Positions 54,954 through 64,000 of a stretch of 64,000 bases of DNA are shown piece by piece. The notes under the pieces are model-generated. The model was not told the DNA's origin, made no database searches, and saw only the letters and a program-made list of their open reading frames with translations. The translations under genes and the position numbers were made by a program. Numbering within the stretch: position 1 is the first letter of the stretch; every line of letters starts with the position of its first letter. The stretch is from Myxococcota bacterium (GTDB taxonomy: Bacteria; Myxococcota_A; UBA9160; UBA4427), in NCBI GenBank assembly GCA_965250285.1, contig OZ252299.1, forward strand, positions 992,001-1,056,000, given 5' to 3'.

Positions 54954-55910
54954 ATGCCCGACGCCGGTTCGACCCCGCTGGATCTCCCCGAGGATCTCGA
55001 GTCCGCGATCCTTGCGCTGAAGAACGAGCGCAACGCGCTGATCCTCGCGCACTACTACCAAGAGGACGAGATCCAGGATCTCGCCGACGTCGTCGGCGAC
55101 AGCCTGGCGCTCGCGAAGGCCGCCCAGGGCGCCGACTGCGAGGTGATCGCGTTCTGCGGCGTCCACTTCATGGCCGAGACCGCTGCGATCCTGAATCCCG
55201 ACAAGCCGGTCGTGGTGCCCGACCTCGACGCCGGTTGCTCGCTGGCCGATGGCTGCAAGGCCGAAGATCTGCAGGCCTTCCTCGACGAGCACCCGGGCGC
55301 CAAGCTGCTCAGCTACATCAACTGCTCGGCCGAGGTGAAGGCGATGAGTGATCTCATCTGCACCTCGTCGAACGCGAAGCGCATGGCCGACCACTTCGCG
55401 GGCGAGAAGCTGGTCTTCGCCCCCGACCGCCACCTCGCGCGCTGGGTCGGCAAGGAGACCGGGCGCGACGACCTGATCGTGTGGCCCGGCGCGTGTGTGG
55501 TGCACGAGCAGTTCAGTGCCAAGCGACTGGCTCAGCTGCGCGTACAGCACCCCGAAGCCGAGGTGCTGGCTCACCCCGAGTGCGATCAGGCGGTGCTCGA
55601 CCAGGCCGACTTCATCGCCTCGACGACGGGCATCATCGATCGCGCGCTGCAGGATCCCGAGCGCATGGCGATCGTCGCGACGGAGGACGGCGTCTTCCAC
55701 TCGATTCTGCAGCAGGCTCCGAACAAGCCGCTGATCCAGGCGCCGGGCATCGACGAGAGCTGCGCATGCAATCAGTGCCCGTTCATGCGCCTGAACACGC
55801 TCGAGAAGCTGTATCTCGCGCTCCGCGATCTCGAGCCCCGGGTGACGGTGCCCGAGGCGATCCGGGTCAAGGCGTTGAAGCCGATCGAGCTGATGCTCGA
55901 GTTGAGCTGA
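54954..55910 (+). CDS. nadA: Quinolinate synthase
   Basis: ILAHYYQ, GDSL.LA, FCGVHFMAETA, AGCSLAD, YINCSA.VKA, C.VHE.F, AHPEC, C..CP.M..NTLEK. Confidence 0.97.
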   Translation: MPDAGSTPLDLPEDLESAILALKNERNALILAHYYQEDEIQDLADVVGDSLALAKAAQGADCEVIAFCGVHFMAETAAILNPDKPVVVPDLDAGCSLADGCKAEDLQAFLDEHPGAKLLSYINCSAEVKAMSDLICTSSNAKRMADHFAGEKLVFAPDRHLARWVGKETGRDDLIVWPGACVVHEQFSAKRLAQLRVQHPEAEVLAHPECDQAVLDQADFIASTTGIIDRALQDPERMAIVATEDGVFHSILQQAPNKPLIQAPGIDESCACNQCPFMRLNTLEKLYLALRDLEPRVTVPEAIRVKALKPIELMLELS

Positions 55911-55978
55911 AGCGCGGCGGCGTCCGCGGCGCGCTGTCGCCCGTCGTCGGTCTGACGCGTCGATCTTTGGCGCGTCGA

Positions 55979-56716
55979 TCACGGTGCGTCGATCAGCGCC
56001 GCGGCGACCGCGAGCCCCGCCATCGCCGCCGTCTCGGTGCGCAGGATCGTCGCGCCCAGCGACGCGCGCACTGCGCCGCGCTGTTCGCACGCCTCGGCCT
56101 CGGCTTCGTCGAAGCCGCCCTCCGGCCCGACGACCAGAGAGAGGGTCTCGGGCGCCTCGCTCAGCGCGACCGCGACGGCCCGCGCGATCGGCTGAGCGCG
56201 CTCGTGCGGATCGAGCATGAGGCACGGGCCGGTGCGCGTTTCGCGCCCCACGAACTGGGCCGGCGTCGTCTCCGGCAATCGTTCCGGCAGCCAGGCGTTT
56301 CGGCTCTGCTTGCAGGCCGAGATCGCGACGCGCTGCCAGCGTTCATCGGCGTTTCGGCCCGGTCGGGCGACGGAGCGGCTGCACTCGAGCGGCGCCCAGG
56401 CCGCCACACCGAGCTGGGTCGCCATCGAGACGAGCGTCGATTGTCGATCGCCCTTCGGCAGCGCCACCCCGAGCCGCAGGGCGGGGCGCGGTGCGGCGCG
56501 AGACTCCACCGACTCGACCCGCGCGGCGAGCTGCTTGCGCGTCGAGCCGGCTTCGAGCCGCGCGCGAGCCACCTGGCCACGTCCGTCGAAGAGCACGACG
56601 TGATCTCCGGCCGAGAGCCGACGCGCGCCGCTTGCGTGCCGCGCCTCTTCGGCGTCGAGCACGGCGACGGCGCCCTCGTTGGGCAGCGGGTCGAGGTGCA
56701 GCCAGGCGTGGCTCAC
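55979..56716 (-). CDS. rsmE: 16S rRNA (uracil1498-N3)-methyltransferase
   Basis: ARH....R...[46 protein letters not shown] start overlaps the dehalogenase stop. Confidence 0.93.
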   Translation of the reverse strand: MSHAWLHLDPLPNEGAVAVLDAEEARHASGARRLSAGDHVVLFDGRGQVARARLEAGSTRKQLAARVESVESRAAPRPALRLGVALPKGDRQSTLVSMATQLGVAAWAPLECSRSVARPGRNADERWQRVAISACKQSRNAWLPERLPETTPAQFVGRETRTGPCLMLDPHERAQPIARAVAVALSEAPETLSLVVGPEGGFDEAEAEACEQRGAVRASLGATILRTETAAMAGLAVAAALIDAP

Positions 56717-57591
56717 AATCCGCGCAGCCACTCCGAAACGCCGCGCCCGATCTCGTCGGGCGAGTCCTCCTGGATGAAGTGCGAGCCCGCGACTTCGATC
56801 TCGGTCTGGTTGGGCCAGCTGCGGCAGGTCTCGCGTGCGGCCCCGCGCAGGATCGCGCCCGGCTTCGCGTTGACGAACAGCTTCGGCACCGCGCTCTCAC
56901 CGAGCCAGTTCGCGTAGTCCGTCACGATCTCGACCACGTCGGCGGGCTCGCCCTCGATCGGGATCTGTCGCGGCCAGGTGAGGGTCGGGCGTCGCGATTC
57001 GCCCGGCTCGGCGAAGGGGCGCCGATACTCGTCCATCTCGGCCGGCTCGAGGGTGCGCAGGATCGCGCCGGGTAGGACGGCTTCGATGAACAGGTTCTGC
57101 TCGAGCACCATGTCTTCGCCCTTCTCGGAGCGAAAACCCTGGAAGACGGGGCGCACCGGCGGCGGCCAGTCGTCCCAGCTCTCGATGGGGGCCACGATCG
57201 CCTCCATGTAGGCGATGCCCTTGATCGCGTCGCGGTGGCGATTCGCCCAGTCGAAGCCGAGGGCGGAGCCCCAGTCGTGGATCACCAGCGTCACGTTCTC
57301 GCGTACCCCGGCCGATTCGAGGAGCGCGTCGAGGTAGCGACGATGCTCGACGAAGCGGTACGAATCCACACCCACGTCGTCGAGCTTCTCGCTGTCGCCC
57401 ATCCCGATCAGGTCGGGTGCGATGCACCGCCCCTGCTCCTCGAGGTGGGGCATGACGTTGCGCCAGAGGTACGACGACGTCGGGTTGCCGTGCAGGAACA
57501 CGATCGGATCGCCCTGGCCGAACTCGACGTAGGCCATCTGCTTGCCGAGGACTTCGGCGCTCTTCTTCGGGTGGGGCTCGACGCGAGACAT
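56713..57591 (-). CDS. dhaA: Haloalkane dehalogenase (HLD-II, LinB/DhaA-like)
   Basis: [25 protein letters not shown], nucleophile HDWGSALG, acid [15 protein letters not shown], base [10 protein letters not shown]. Confidence 0.93.
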   Translation of the reverse strand: MSRVEPHPKKSAEVLGKQMAYVEFGQGDPIVFLHGNPTSSYLWRNVMPHLEEQGRCIAPDLIGMGDSEKLDDVGVDSYRFVEHRRYLDALLESAGVRENVTLVIHDWGSALGFDWANRHRDAIKGIAYMEAIVAPIESWDDWPPPVRPVFQGFRSEKGEDMVLEQNLFIEAVLPGAILRTLEPAEMDEYRRPFAEPGESRRPTLTWPRQIPIEGEPADVVEIVTDYANWLGESAVPKLFVNAKPGAILRGAARETCRSWPNQTEIEVAGSHFIQEDSPDEIGRGVSEWLRGL

Positions 57592-57664
57592 GGGGATTCC
57601 TTTCGTTCCGTGAAATCGTGGGTGCCCGAGATCGCGCGTGCCGGTGGGGCCGATGGGGCTGATG

Positions 57665-58681
57665 TCAGCGGCGACGCAGCTCGGTGAGGACCGCCGAGGC
57701 GCCGAGGCCGCGGACGGGATGAGGTTCGTAAGGGGCTTCGAGCTGGTCGATCTCGTCGGCCGAGAGATCGACGTCGAGCGAGGCGATCGCGGCATCGAGG
57801 TGCGGCAGCTTGGTCGCACCGATGATGGGCGCCGTGATGCCCGGCTTCGAGCGCAGCCAGGCCAGCGCGATCTGCGCGGGCTCGACGCCGCGGGCGTCGG
57901 CGACATCGCGCACGGCCTCGACCACGGCCCAGTCGGAAGCCTGTTGATAGAGATGCTGCGAGAGTCGATCGGTCTCGGCGCGCCGTGTCGAGGCCTGATC
58001 GTCGAGGGCGGTTCGGCCGCCGGCGAGCAGGCCGCGCGCGAGGGGCGACCACGGGATCACGCCGACGCGCTCGGCCTCGCAGAGCGGCAGCATCTCGCGC
58101 TCCTCTTCGCGGTAGACCAGGTTGTAGTGATTCTGCATGGTGGCGAAGCGGGCGAGACCGCGTCGGTCGCTGATGCCGAGCGCACGCGCGAACTCCCAGG
58201 CATAGCAGCTGCTCGCGCCGAGAAAGCGCACCTTCCCTTGGCGCACGAGCAGGTCGAGCGCCTCGAGGGTCTCTTCGAGCGGTGTCTCGGGATCGAGTCG
58301 GTGCACCTGGTAGAGGTCGATCGTGTCGACGCCGAGCCGTCGCAGGCTGGCCTCGCAGGCCTGCTGAATGTGCTTGCGCCCGAGGCCGCCCATGTTCGGG
58401 CGTTTGGCGGTCGGAAAGAACACCTTGGTCGCGATCACGATCTCATCGCGGTTCGCGTACTTGGCGAGCAGGCGTCCCGTGACCTCCTCGCTCTGGCCGA
58501 GCGAGTACATGTCGGCCGTATCGAAGAAGTTGATCCCGGCTTCGATGGCGCGGCGGAAGAAGGGCGCGGCTGCGGCTTCGTCGAGCACCCAGGGGCGCCA
58601 GTCGGGTGAGCCGTAGCTCATGCAACCGAGGCAGAGCGGCGACACGCTCATGCCCGTGGTGCCGAGGGGCTGGTAATCCAT
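57665..58681 (-). CDS. Aldo/keto reductase (YajO-like)
   Basis: [68 protein letters not shown]. Confidence 0.94.
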   Translation of the reverse strand: MDYQPLGTTGMSVSPLCLGCMSYGSPDWRPWVLDEAAAAPFFRRAIEAGINFFDTADMYSLGQSEEVTGRLLAKYANRDEIVIATKVFFPTAKRPNMGGLGRKHIQQACEASLRRLGVDTIDLYQVHRLDPETPLEETLEALDLLVRQGKVRFLGASSCYAWEFARALGISDRRGLARFATMQNHYNLVYREEEREMLPLCEAERVGVIPWSPLARGLLAGGRTALDDQASTRRAETDRLSQHLYQQASDWAVVEAVRDVADARGVEPAQIALAWLRSKPGITAPIIGATKLPHLDAAIASLDVDLSADEIDQLEAPYEPHPVRGLGASAVLTELRRR

Positions 58682-58788
58682 CCCGCGAGCATAGAGGGCC
58701 GAATCGACAACCGCCGCGGAATGAGGGGCGGGTTGAGGGGGCAGCCGCCCCCGTTGAACCCGGTGGCCAGCCGCGGAACCCTCTCGGG

Positions 58789-59697
58789 GTGGATGGTGCC
58801 CACTCGCGCAGCGGGCGGCTCCCGGCCGCCCCCGTCGTCCTCGTCACCGGCTGTGCCTCGGGCATCGGCCTGGCCCTCGCTCACCGGCTGCGCAGCTGGC
58901 GCGATGCCCATGCGATTGTCACGGCGCGCAGTTCGTCCCTCGCTCGCCTGCGCGATGCCGGCATCGAAGAGGGCGAGCGGCTGTGGCTTCGCCCGCTCGA
59001 CGTGACGCGCGACAGCGAGCGAAAGAGCCTCGTTTCGGAGATCGACGAGCGGCTCGGTGGCGTCGACGTCCTGATCAACAACGCCGGGCTGACGTTTCGA
59101 TCGGTGCACGAACATCTGCACACGGACGAGATCGAAGAGCAGATGCGGATCAACTTTCTCGGGCCGATGGATCTCGCGCGGCGGGTCCTGCCCGGGATGC
59201 GCCGAAAGCGCTCGGGACACATCGTGAACGTGTCGTCGGTGGGCGGGATGATGGCGATGCCGACGATGGGTGTGTACAGCGCCTCGAAGTTCGCGCTCGA
59301 GGGTGCGAGCGAAGCGCTCTGGTACGAGATGCGGCCGTGGAACGTCGCGGTCACGTTGGTGCAGCCGGGGTTCATCCGAAGCGAATCGTTTCGGAACGTC
59401 CGTCTCAGCCGCGACGCGGTGGCGGTGCGCACGATCGAGGGCAGTCCCTACGGCGCGGTGTACGAGAGCATGACGCCGTTCATCGAGACGCTGATGAACT
59501 GGGCGATCGCGACACCCGACACCGTGGCCCGGCGCATCCTGCGTACGCTCGAGCGGCCGAATCCGCCGCTGCGCGTTTCAGCGACGATGGACGCTCGTGT
59601 GTTCTACATGGTGCGGCGGCTCCTGCCCCGGCGGCTCTACCACGCCGTGCTGTATCGGTGCCTGCCCAGCGTGCGACGCTGGGGTCCGCACGACTGA
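58789..59697 (+). CDS. Short-chain dehydrogenase/reductase (17beta-HSD-like; start uncertain)
   Basis: VLVTGCASGIG, LINNAG, NVSSVGG, YSASKFALEG.SEAL..E, VQPG. Confidence 0.9.
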   Translation: MDGAHSRSGRLPAAPVVLVTGCASGIGLALAHRLRSWRDAHAIVTARSSSLARLRDAGIEEGERLWLRPLDVTRDSERKSLVSEIDERLGGVDVLINNAGLTFRSVHEHLHTDEIEEQMRINFLGPMDLARRVLPGMRRKRSGHIVNVSSVGGMMAMPTMGVYSASKFALEGASEALWYEMRPWNVAVTLVQPGFIRSESFRNVRLSRDAVAVRTIEGSPYGAVYESMTPFIETLMNWAIATPDTVARRILRTLERPNPPLRVSATMDARVFYMVRRLLPRRLYHAVLYRCLPSVRRWGPHD

Positions 59698-59761
59698 GGG
59701 CGACTGCGATGCGAGCCGCGCTGCGCTGGGTCACAATGCCGGGACCACAAAGGGGGGGATC

Positions 59762-61021
59762 GTGACCGAGCTGGTACTCACTGCGCCGCGTGCGCGTGGA
59801 CTCTTCGTGCTGACGGCGCACCCGGCGGGTTGCAGCGTGCTGCTCGAGCGGCAGCGCGAGCGGGCCGCCGCGGCGATCGAGAAGCCCCTTGCGGCCGCCG
59901 CAGGCAAGACCGCCCTGGTGCTCGGCAGTACGACTTTCGGTTACGGCAGCTCGACGGCGATCGCGCTGCGTGCGGCCGGCTTCGATCGCATCATCGGCGT
60001 GGGCTTCGAGACAGCGCCGAGCTTTCGCGGCGACAAGCTCGCCATGGCTTCGCCCGGCTGGTACCTCACCGACGCGCTGCACGCGGCCGACGACGGCATC
60101 ACCACGTACCTCGCCGATGCATTCGCGCCGGAGACCCGGGACAGGCTCGTCGCCGATCTCCAGGCGGCCGGTACGAAGATCGACCTCGTGGTCTACAGCG
60201 TCGCGGCGCCGCGCAGGCAGCACCTGGGCGAGGAGTGGACATCGAGTCTCCTCGTGAAGGACGAGCCGCTCGAGGTGCTCGGGCTCGACTTCAAGAGCGG
60301 CGAGCTCAAACCCCTTACGGTGGGGGTCGCGAGCGAGCTGCAGGTCGAGCATACGCGCCGCGTGATGGGCGGCGACGATCTCGAGATGTGGGTCAACGCG
60401 CTCTTGTATGCAGGGCTCGCCGCCGACGGCATGACCGTGACCGCGCTGTCGTACATCGGGCCCGACCTCGCCCCGGTGCGCCGGATGTACTGGGATGGGG
60501 CGCTCGGCGACGCCAAGAAGCACATCGACGCGACGACGGCGAGCCTCGACAAGCGGCTCGCTGACGCCGTGGGCGGCAAGGCGATGACGGTGATGAACCC
60601 GGCGGTGGTCACGAGCGCGTCGGTCGCGATCCCCGCCATGCTCCGGTACATCAGCGATCTGCTCGGCAACGCCGACGCTGGGCACGGCGTCTACGACGAT
60701 CCGCTCGACGTCGGCGTGCTGTTCGCGCAAGCGCTCTACGGAGACGGAGCGCCGTGGCGCGAGCTGATGGATGACGCCGGTCGCCTTCGCCTCGACGCAC
60801 ACGAGCTCGAGCCCGGCCTGCAGTCGGCGATCGACGCGTGCTGGGCACACGACGAGCCGGGCCCGCCGCCCGAGGCCACCGCGGCTGGCTTCGAACGCTT
60901 CAAGGTCGAGTACATGAACCTGTACGGCTGGCAGGTCGAGGGCGTCGACTACGACGCCCCGGCCGAGTTCGAGCCCGCGCTGGTCGACGGCCAGCGCGTC
61001 ATCGATCTGATCGGCGACTGA
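59762..61021 (+). CDS. fabV: Enoyl-ACP reductase FabV / trans-2-enoyl-CoA reductase (divergent)
   Basis: AHPAGC, LVLGST..GYG, DLVVYS.AAPRR, VMGGDD..W, SYIGP, catalytic Y-x8-K (YWDGALGDAK), VVT.AS.AIP, GVDY. Confidence 0.82.
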   Translation: MTELVLTAPRARGLFVLTAHPAGCSVLLERQRERAAAAIEKPLAAAAGKTALVLGSTTFGYGSSTAIALRAAGFDRIIGVGFETAPSFRGDKLAMASPGWYLTDALHAADDGITTYLADAFAPETRDRLVADLQAAGTKIDLVVYSVAAPRRQHLGEEWTSSLLVKDEPLEVLGLDFKSGELKPLTVGVASELQVEHTRRVMGGDDLEMWVNALLYAGLAADGMTVTALSYIGPDLAPVRRMYWDGALGDAKKHIDATTASLDKRLADAVGGKAMTVMNPAVVTSASVAIPAMLRYISDLLGNADAGHGVYDDPLDVGVLFAQALYGDGAPWRELMDDAGRLRLDAHELEPGLQSAIDACWAHDEPGPPPEATAAGFERFKVEYMNLYGWQVEGVDYDAPAEFEPALVDGQRVIDLIGD

Positions 61022-61041
61022 GCCCGGCGGCGGCGCGCGGT

Positions 61042-61923
61042 CTACACGCGCTTCGTGAAGTTCGAGATCTCGTCGGCGACGCGGTCGAGCAACGACTCGG
61101 GCAGGTCGTGCCCCATGCCTTCGATCAGCGCGTAGCGCGCGCCGGGGATCGCGTCGGCGGTCGCGCGCCCCGCCGGCTCCTGGATCAGCGGATCTTCATC
61201 GCCATGGATCACGAGCGCGGGCACGTCGAGCGCCCGCAGGCCGTCGGTTCGGTCGCCGCTCGCCGTGATCGCCGCCATCTGCCGTGCGACTCCAGCCGGG
61301 TCGTAGCTTCGCTCGAAACAGCGACGGGCGAGGGCGGCCCGCGCCCCCTCGTCGAACGGGTGGCTCGAGCCGGCGAACACGCGACCGGTCTCGAGGGTGT
61401 ATGCGACGTAGCCGTCGACGTCATCGGGGCTGGGCTTCATCAGCGCCGCCATCGCAGCTTCGGTCGGCCCCGGCAGATCGGGGCCGCTCGTCGTCGAGTA
61501 GATCGAGATCAGGCTCTGCGTCTTGGCGGGGTAGTCGATGGCGAACTGCTGCGCGATGGCACCCCCGAGCGACATGCCGGCGACGTGCGCCGACTCGAGA
61601 CCCATCGCATCGAGGAGCCCCGCGTGATCGGCCGCCATGTCGTGGATTCGGTAGGCGACACCCGGGTCATCGCCCGCGGCGATCCGCTGCATGACCTCGC
61701 CGACCGACGGCGTCGGTGCGCCGTCGAGGTGCGTCGAGAGGCCGACGTCCCGGTTGTCCGGTGAGATCACGAAGTGCCCGTCGTCGACGAGGCGCTTCAT
61801 CAGGCCCGGCGGCCACTGGATCAGCTGTGTACCGAGGCCGCGCAGCAGCAGCAGCGGTCGCCCACCCGGGTCGCCCTGGGTCTCGTACTCGATCTCGATG
61901 CCATTGGTCGCGGCGCGCGGCAT
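61042..61923 (-). CDS. Alpha/beta hydrolase (esterase/lipase)
   Basis: GLG.QL..W, DNRDVGLST, nucleophile GMSLGG, IHG.EDPL, GMGHDLP. Confidence 0.9.
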   Translation of the reverse strand: MPRAATNGIEIEYETQGDPGGRPLLLLRGLGTQLIQWPPGLMKRLVDDGHFVISPDNRDVGLSTHLDGAPTPSVGEVMQRIAAGDDPGVAYRIHDMAADHAGLLDAMGLESAHVAGMSLGGAIAQQFAIDYPAKTQSLISIYSTTSGPDLPGPTEAAMAALMKPSPDDVDGYVAYTLETGRVFAGSSHPFDEGARAALARRCFERSYDPAGVARQMAAITASGDRTDGLRALDVPALVIHGDEDPLIQEPAGRATADAIPGARYALIEGMGHDLPESLLDRVADEISNFTKRV

Positions 61924-61932
61924 CGCCCGGGC

Positions 61933-62985
61933 TCAGTCGTCGCCGTACGCAGCGGCGAGCTCGGGATCGGCCTTCGCGTAGAGATCGGCGAGCTCGACCA
62001 TGACGCGGCACTGCTTGACGGTGGCGTCGTCCTGCATCTTGCCGTCGATCATCACCGCGCCGGTGCCGTCGCCCATCTCGCGAATGACCTTGCGCGCCCA
62101 CTTGACCTCGTCGACCGGCGGGCTGAAGACCTTCTTCGCGATGTCGATCTGCACCGGGTGCAGGCTCCAGGCGCCGACGCAGCCCATCAGGAACGCGTTG
62201 CGGAACTGGTCCTCGCAGGCCACGGTGTCCTTGATGTCGCCGAAGGGGCCGTAGTAGGGGAGGATGCCGTTGGCGGCGCATGCGTCGACCATGCGAGCCA
62301 TGGTGTAGTGCCACAGATCCTGCTGCGCGGTGGTGCGCGCCGCCTCGATCTCACCGCCGGGCGGATCCTCGCGCACGACGTAGCCGGGGTGGCCGCCGCC
62401 GACGCGGGTCGTCTTCATGCGGCGGCTCGCGGCGAGGTCGGCCGGGCCGAGCGAGAGGCCCTGCATGCGCGGGCTGGCCGAGCAGATCTCTTCGACGTTG
62501 GCGACGCCGAGCGCCGTCTCGAGGATCGCGTGTACGAGCAGCGGCTTCTCGAGGCCGGCCTTCGCCTCGAGCTGGGCGAGCAGCCGGTCGACGTAGTGGA
62601 TGTCCCAGGCGCCCTCGACCTTCGGCACCATGATCACGTCGAGCTTGTCGCCGATCGAGGTCACGAGCTGGGTGAGGTCGTCGAGCATCCAGGGGCTGTC
62701 GAGGCTGTTGATACGCGTCCACAGCTGGCACGACCCGAAGTCGGTCGCGTTGGCGACCTTGATCAGCCCCTCTCGGGCCGCGAGCTTGTTGTCGGCGGAG
62801 ACGGCGTCCTCGAGGTTGCCGAGCAGCACGTCGCACTTCTTCGCCATGTCGGGGATCTTCGCCGCCATCTTCTCGTTGCTCGGGTCGAAGAAGTGGATCA
62901 TCCGCGACGGCAGGACGGGGATCTCGCGCACGGGCGAGGGGGCGCCGAGGGCGAGGGGCTGAAAGAAATCCTTGGCACTTCGCAT
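61933..62985 (-). CDS. mcl: L-malyl-CoA/beta-methylmalyl-CoA lyase (CitE superfamily, Chloroflexus-type)
   Basis: [78 protein letters not shown] match my recollection of the Chloroflexus aurantiacus Mcl sequence. Confidence 0.85.
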   Translation of the reverse strand: MRSAKDFFQPLALGAPSPVREIPVLPSRMIHFFDPSNEKMAAKIPDMAKKCDVLLGNLEDAVSADNKLAAREGLIKVANATDFGSCQLWTRINSLDSPWMLDDLTQLVTSIGDKLDVIMVPKVEGAWDIHYVDRLLAQLEAKAGLEKPLLVHAILETALGVANVEEICSASPRMQGLSLGPADLAASRRMKTTRVGGGHPGYVVREDPPGGEIEAARTTAQQDLWHYTMARMVDACAANGILPYYGPFGDIKDTVACEDQFRNAFLMGCVGAWSLHPVQIDIAKKVFSPPVDEVKWARKVIREMGDGTGAVMIDGKMQDDATVKQCRVMVELADLYAKADPELAAAYGDD

Positions 62986-63349
62986 GGGTGTCTCCGGGAT
63001 GCGGTGGTGATGAGATGAAGTCTGGGCTGCGGGCGGCGCGGCGGCTCTGCTCGCAGGCGCGGGGCATGGGCGCGAGCGCCGGCGGTGCGTGCTGCCGGAA
63101 GCCCCGAAGCGCGCCAACTCTATGGCCTTTGTCGTGGGCCAGCAAGCTGAGCGCAGCTTCGAGCGGTGGGGTGGTGCGGCCGGGCCGCTCGATCGTTCGT
63201 CGGCAAGCCACCGGCAAGATTGCGGTCGGGCGGGCCCGCCGCCGCTTTCGATGCCGGGGTGCCTGCTGAGCGATGTCGACGGCGTCCTTTCTTGCTCAAC
63301 CCTCGCCTTCGAGAGGTCGATGGACGGCAGAACGGGTGCAGGGGGTGAC

Positions 63350-63748
63350 ATGGCCGACCAACTCTCGATTCTTCTCGTCGACGACAGCCGCAGCGTGCTC
63401 GCACAGCTGGAGGGCCTGCTGTCGGAGTTCGACGGCGTGAACGTCGCGGGCGTCGCGCGCAACGGCGGCGAGGCGATCCGGATGGTGAGCGAGCTGCACC
63501 CCGACCTCGTGTTGATGGACATCGTCATGCCCGGCATGGACGGCATGGCGGCGCTCCGCGTGATCCGGACGAATCATCCCGGCGTTCAGGTGGCCATGCT
63601 GTCGAGCGTCGGCGGCACCGCGAGCCGCGCCGAGGAGTGTTTTCGGCTCGGGGCCGTCCAGGTGATCGGCAAGCCGCTCGACGACCGCATCCTCGAGAGT
63701 CTGATCGAGAGCGTGCGTTCGGGTGCGCGCGGGGAGGAGGCCGAATGA
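63350..63748 (+). CDS. Single-domain response regulator (CheY-like)
   Basis: [34 protein letters not shown]. Confidence 0.9.
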   Translation: MADQLSILLVDDSRSVLAQLEGLLSEFDGVNVAGVARNGGEAIRMVSELHPDLVLMDIVMPGMDGMAALRVIRTNHPGVQVAMLSSVGGTASRAEECFRLGAVQVIGKPLDDRILESLIESVRSGARGEEAE

Positions 63749-64000
63749 GCGTCAAGTTCTTCGGGCAGTATCTCATCGAGGAGGGCGAGGTCGACGCAGG
63801 GCACGTGCGCGAGGCCCTCGATCTCGTCGGGCAGACGAACAAGAGCCTCGGGCAGATCGCGGTCGACGAGTCGCTGATGACCGACGGCGACGTCACGCGC
63901 GTGAATCAAGCGCAGCGCGGCAACGACACGCCTTTCGGTGACCTCGCCGTCGAGATGGGGCTGCTCACCAGCGAGCAGCTGGTCGACTGCCTCTGCATGC
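63745..64000 (+). CDS. 3'-partial protein with tandem MshEN-like helical repeats (possibly CheX-associated)
   Basis: Not in the ORF track because there is no stop in the window. Translates [16 protein letters not shown]...SLGQIAVDESLMT...PFGDLAVEMGLLTSEQL; ATGA overlap with the regulator stop; GGAGG SD. Confidence 0.75.
   Translation, partial: MSVKFFGQYLIEEGEVDAGHVREALDLVGQTNKSLGQIAVDESLMTDGDVTRVNQAQRGNDTPFGDLAVEMGLLTSEQLVDCLCM

Noticed and set aside
63280..63297. Sigma-54 promoter upstream of the response regulator (GGCGTCCTTTCTTGC)
   Set aside because: Spacing is GG-N11-GC, not the strict N10.

Overview
High-GC (roughly 70% by eye), densely coding bacterial chromosome segment. Gene content suggests a Myxococcota/deltaproteobacteria-like organism, but this is inference only. 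About 55 genes are supported. Housekeeping and metabolism: pgi (partial), gltA, yciH, efp, etfBA, nadA, rsmE, gloB, cysE-like, srkA, fabV-like, ppnP. B12-dependent acyl-CoA set: ecm/meaA, meaB, pduO and a Chloroflexus-type mcl, pointing to an ethylmalonyl-CoA pathway. Also present are a two-partner secretion pair (TpsB plus a 2697-aa acidic TpsA with internal repeats and an unrecognised C-terminal domain), a TetR/diiron/SDR unit with a visible operator, and two paralogous atypical-SDR + acyltransferase modules, one led by an orphan ParA. No rRNA, tRNA, CRISPR array or transposase was recognised. The strongest non-obvious signal is a ~130-bp structured intergenic element in three copies (13363-13494, 36303-36432, 36513-36643). 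All copies keep an invariant mismatched core (GCGCCCGCAA ... CTGAGGACGA) while their outer stems differ in sequence yet still pair. Other leads include the ParA/lipid-enzyme operon, a probable beta-propeller inserted inside an Ig-like domain, a small 8-Cys secreted protein, several apparent pseudo-enzymes and a decayed PEP-CTERM remnant. All family calls come from recalled motifs; no database searches were run.
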